A DNA stretch of 63,898 nucleotides, filler included, from Octopus bimaculoides (lineage: Eukaryota), in the NCBI RefSeq assembly GCF_001194135.2. It is 8 parts of 7 records of this genome, joined end to end, with 100 filler letters (N's around TTAATTAATTAA, not from the genome) between each part and the next. Parts side by side here need not be neighbours in the genome. Positions count along the whole stretch, not along the records: positions 62,872 to 63,898 come from NW_026382208.1; 7 more parts are not named here. One strand, 5' to 3'. Below the pieces are notes generated by a model. That model was not told where the DNA came from, made no database searches, and was given only the letters and a program-made list of their open reading frames with translations. Position 1 is the stretch's first letter. Each line of letters starts with the position of its first letter. Made by a program: the position numbers and the translations under genes. Positions 62,904 through 63,898 of this stretch are shown here, piece by piece.

Positions 62904-63488
62904 GAAAGTATTTCGTAGAAGGCATTGTTATCCTTTTATAAATGTAGCTATCACTTTATACCCCACCACTTAATAAAAGCTTTGAAAATATCGTCGTAAT
63001 CACTTGACATTGGAGCATTTTTGCTACGGTATTCACCAATCATAAAAAATCTTATTTGAGGAAAAATTATTCGATATTCTAATTAAGATACTTTTAACAA
63101 GATTATTTATTTTAGATTGGTGCTGGTTATATCGTTTTAACCATGCTGTAAACCTCTTATTTGGTTCATGAACAGTGTGATATGAGCCACAATTTAGAAT
63201 CAAATTAATATCGAGGAAGTTAGCGACTCAAACAATTTAAATCGTTCTCAGTTCGAGGAAAATGAATTAATAGTTGTGAAAAGTGTATCCTCACGATATA
63301 ATCCTCCCGCCTAAGTCAGTAAAATTCTTATTTCTAAAACAAATATGTCTACCAAAACTGTTACGTGAGCTGTGTCGGATGAATTTGTTTTCATATCGAA
63401 ATTATTGAGAGTAGAATTCGTAATTCATGAATTAACTTGGAAGAGGATAAATGTATTTCTCCTGCTAAAATTATATCTAAATCGTATG

Positions 63489-63489
<1 letters not shown>

Positions 63490-63578
<89 letters not shown>

Positions 63579-63583
63579 GTCTG

Positions 63584-63642
<59 letters not shown>
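63490..63642. repeat. (ATCT)n microsatellite
   Basis: Directly visible. Confidence 0.97.
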
Positions 63643-63860
63643 GTGTGTGCGTGCCCATGCGTGCGTATTTGTGTGTTTATATTTATCTGAAGCTGTGATT
63701 TTAAATGTAGCGAATACGTACGCATGCGTGAATGTATATGCATATGTGTATGTGTGTGCATAGGTGTGAGTGCATATTTTGTATCGATGCATGTATATTC
63801 GCACAACTGTATCTCTATCTATACCTATACATATGTCTATATGTACTTACACATGTATAT

Positions 63861-63898
<38 letters not shown>

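Noticed and set aside
1-63898. CRISPR arrays, rRNA genes or prokaryotic operons
   Set aside because: No regularly spaced repeat-spacer array or rRNA similarity was seen, and the sequence is clearly eukaryotic.

Overview
AT-rich, microsatellite-dense animal genomic scaffold with many N-gaps. The abundant tRNA-derived SINE families, repeat load and gene content suggest an octopus/cephalopod genome (inference). Almost all ORFs in the supplied track are microsatellite or gap artefacts. Two host exons are recognisable on the + strand: an internal exon of fuzzy (FUZ, CPLANE complex; 27586-27816) and the first coding exon of a GABA-B receptor subunit 1-like gene (60713-60970). The rest is mostly transposon debris: a decayed autonomous Helitron (Rep plus half of the PIF1 helicase) and stray Helitron termini, two distinct Penelope-like GIY-YIG fragments, R4/Dong, HERO and RTE non-LTR fragments, a Tigger/pogo fragment, foldback MITE-like elements and dozens of SINE copies. 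The most interesting object is at 19140-19675. It is a tRNA-headed (Pol III) short element carrying a minimal type I hammerhead ribozyme, preceded by an inverted 5'-truncated copy of itself, which makes it a candidate SINE-like retrozyme mobilised by Penelope-like machinery. Family assignments rest on remembered protein and repeat motifs; no database searches were run.
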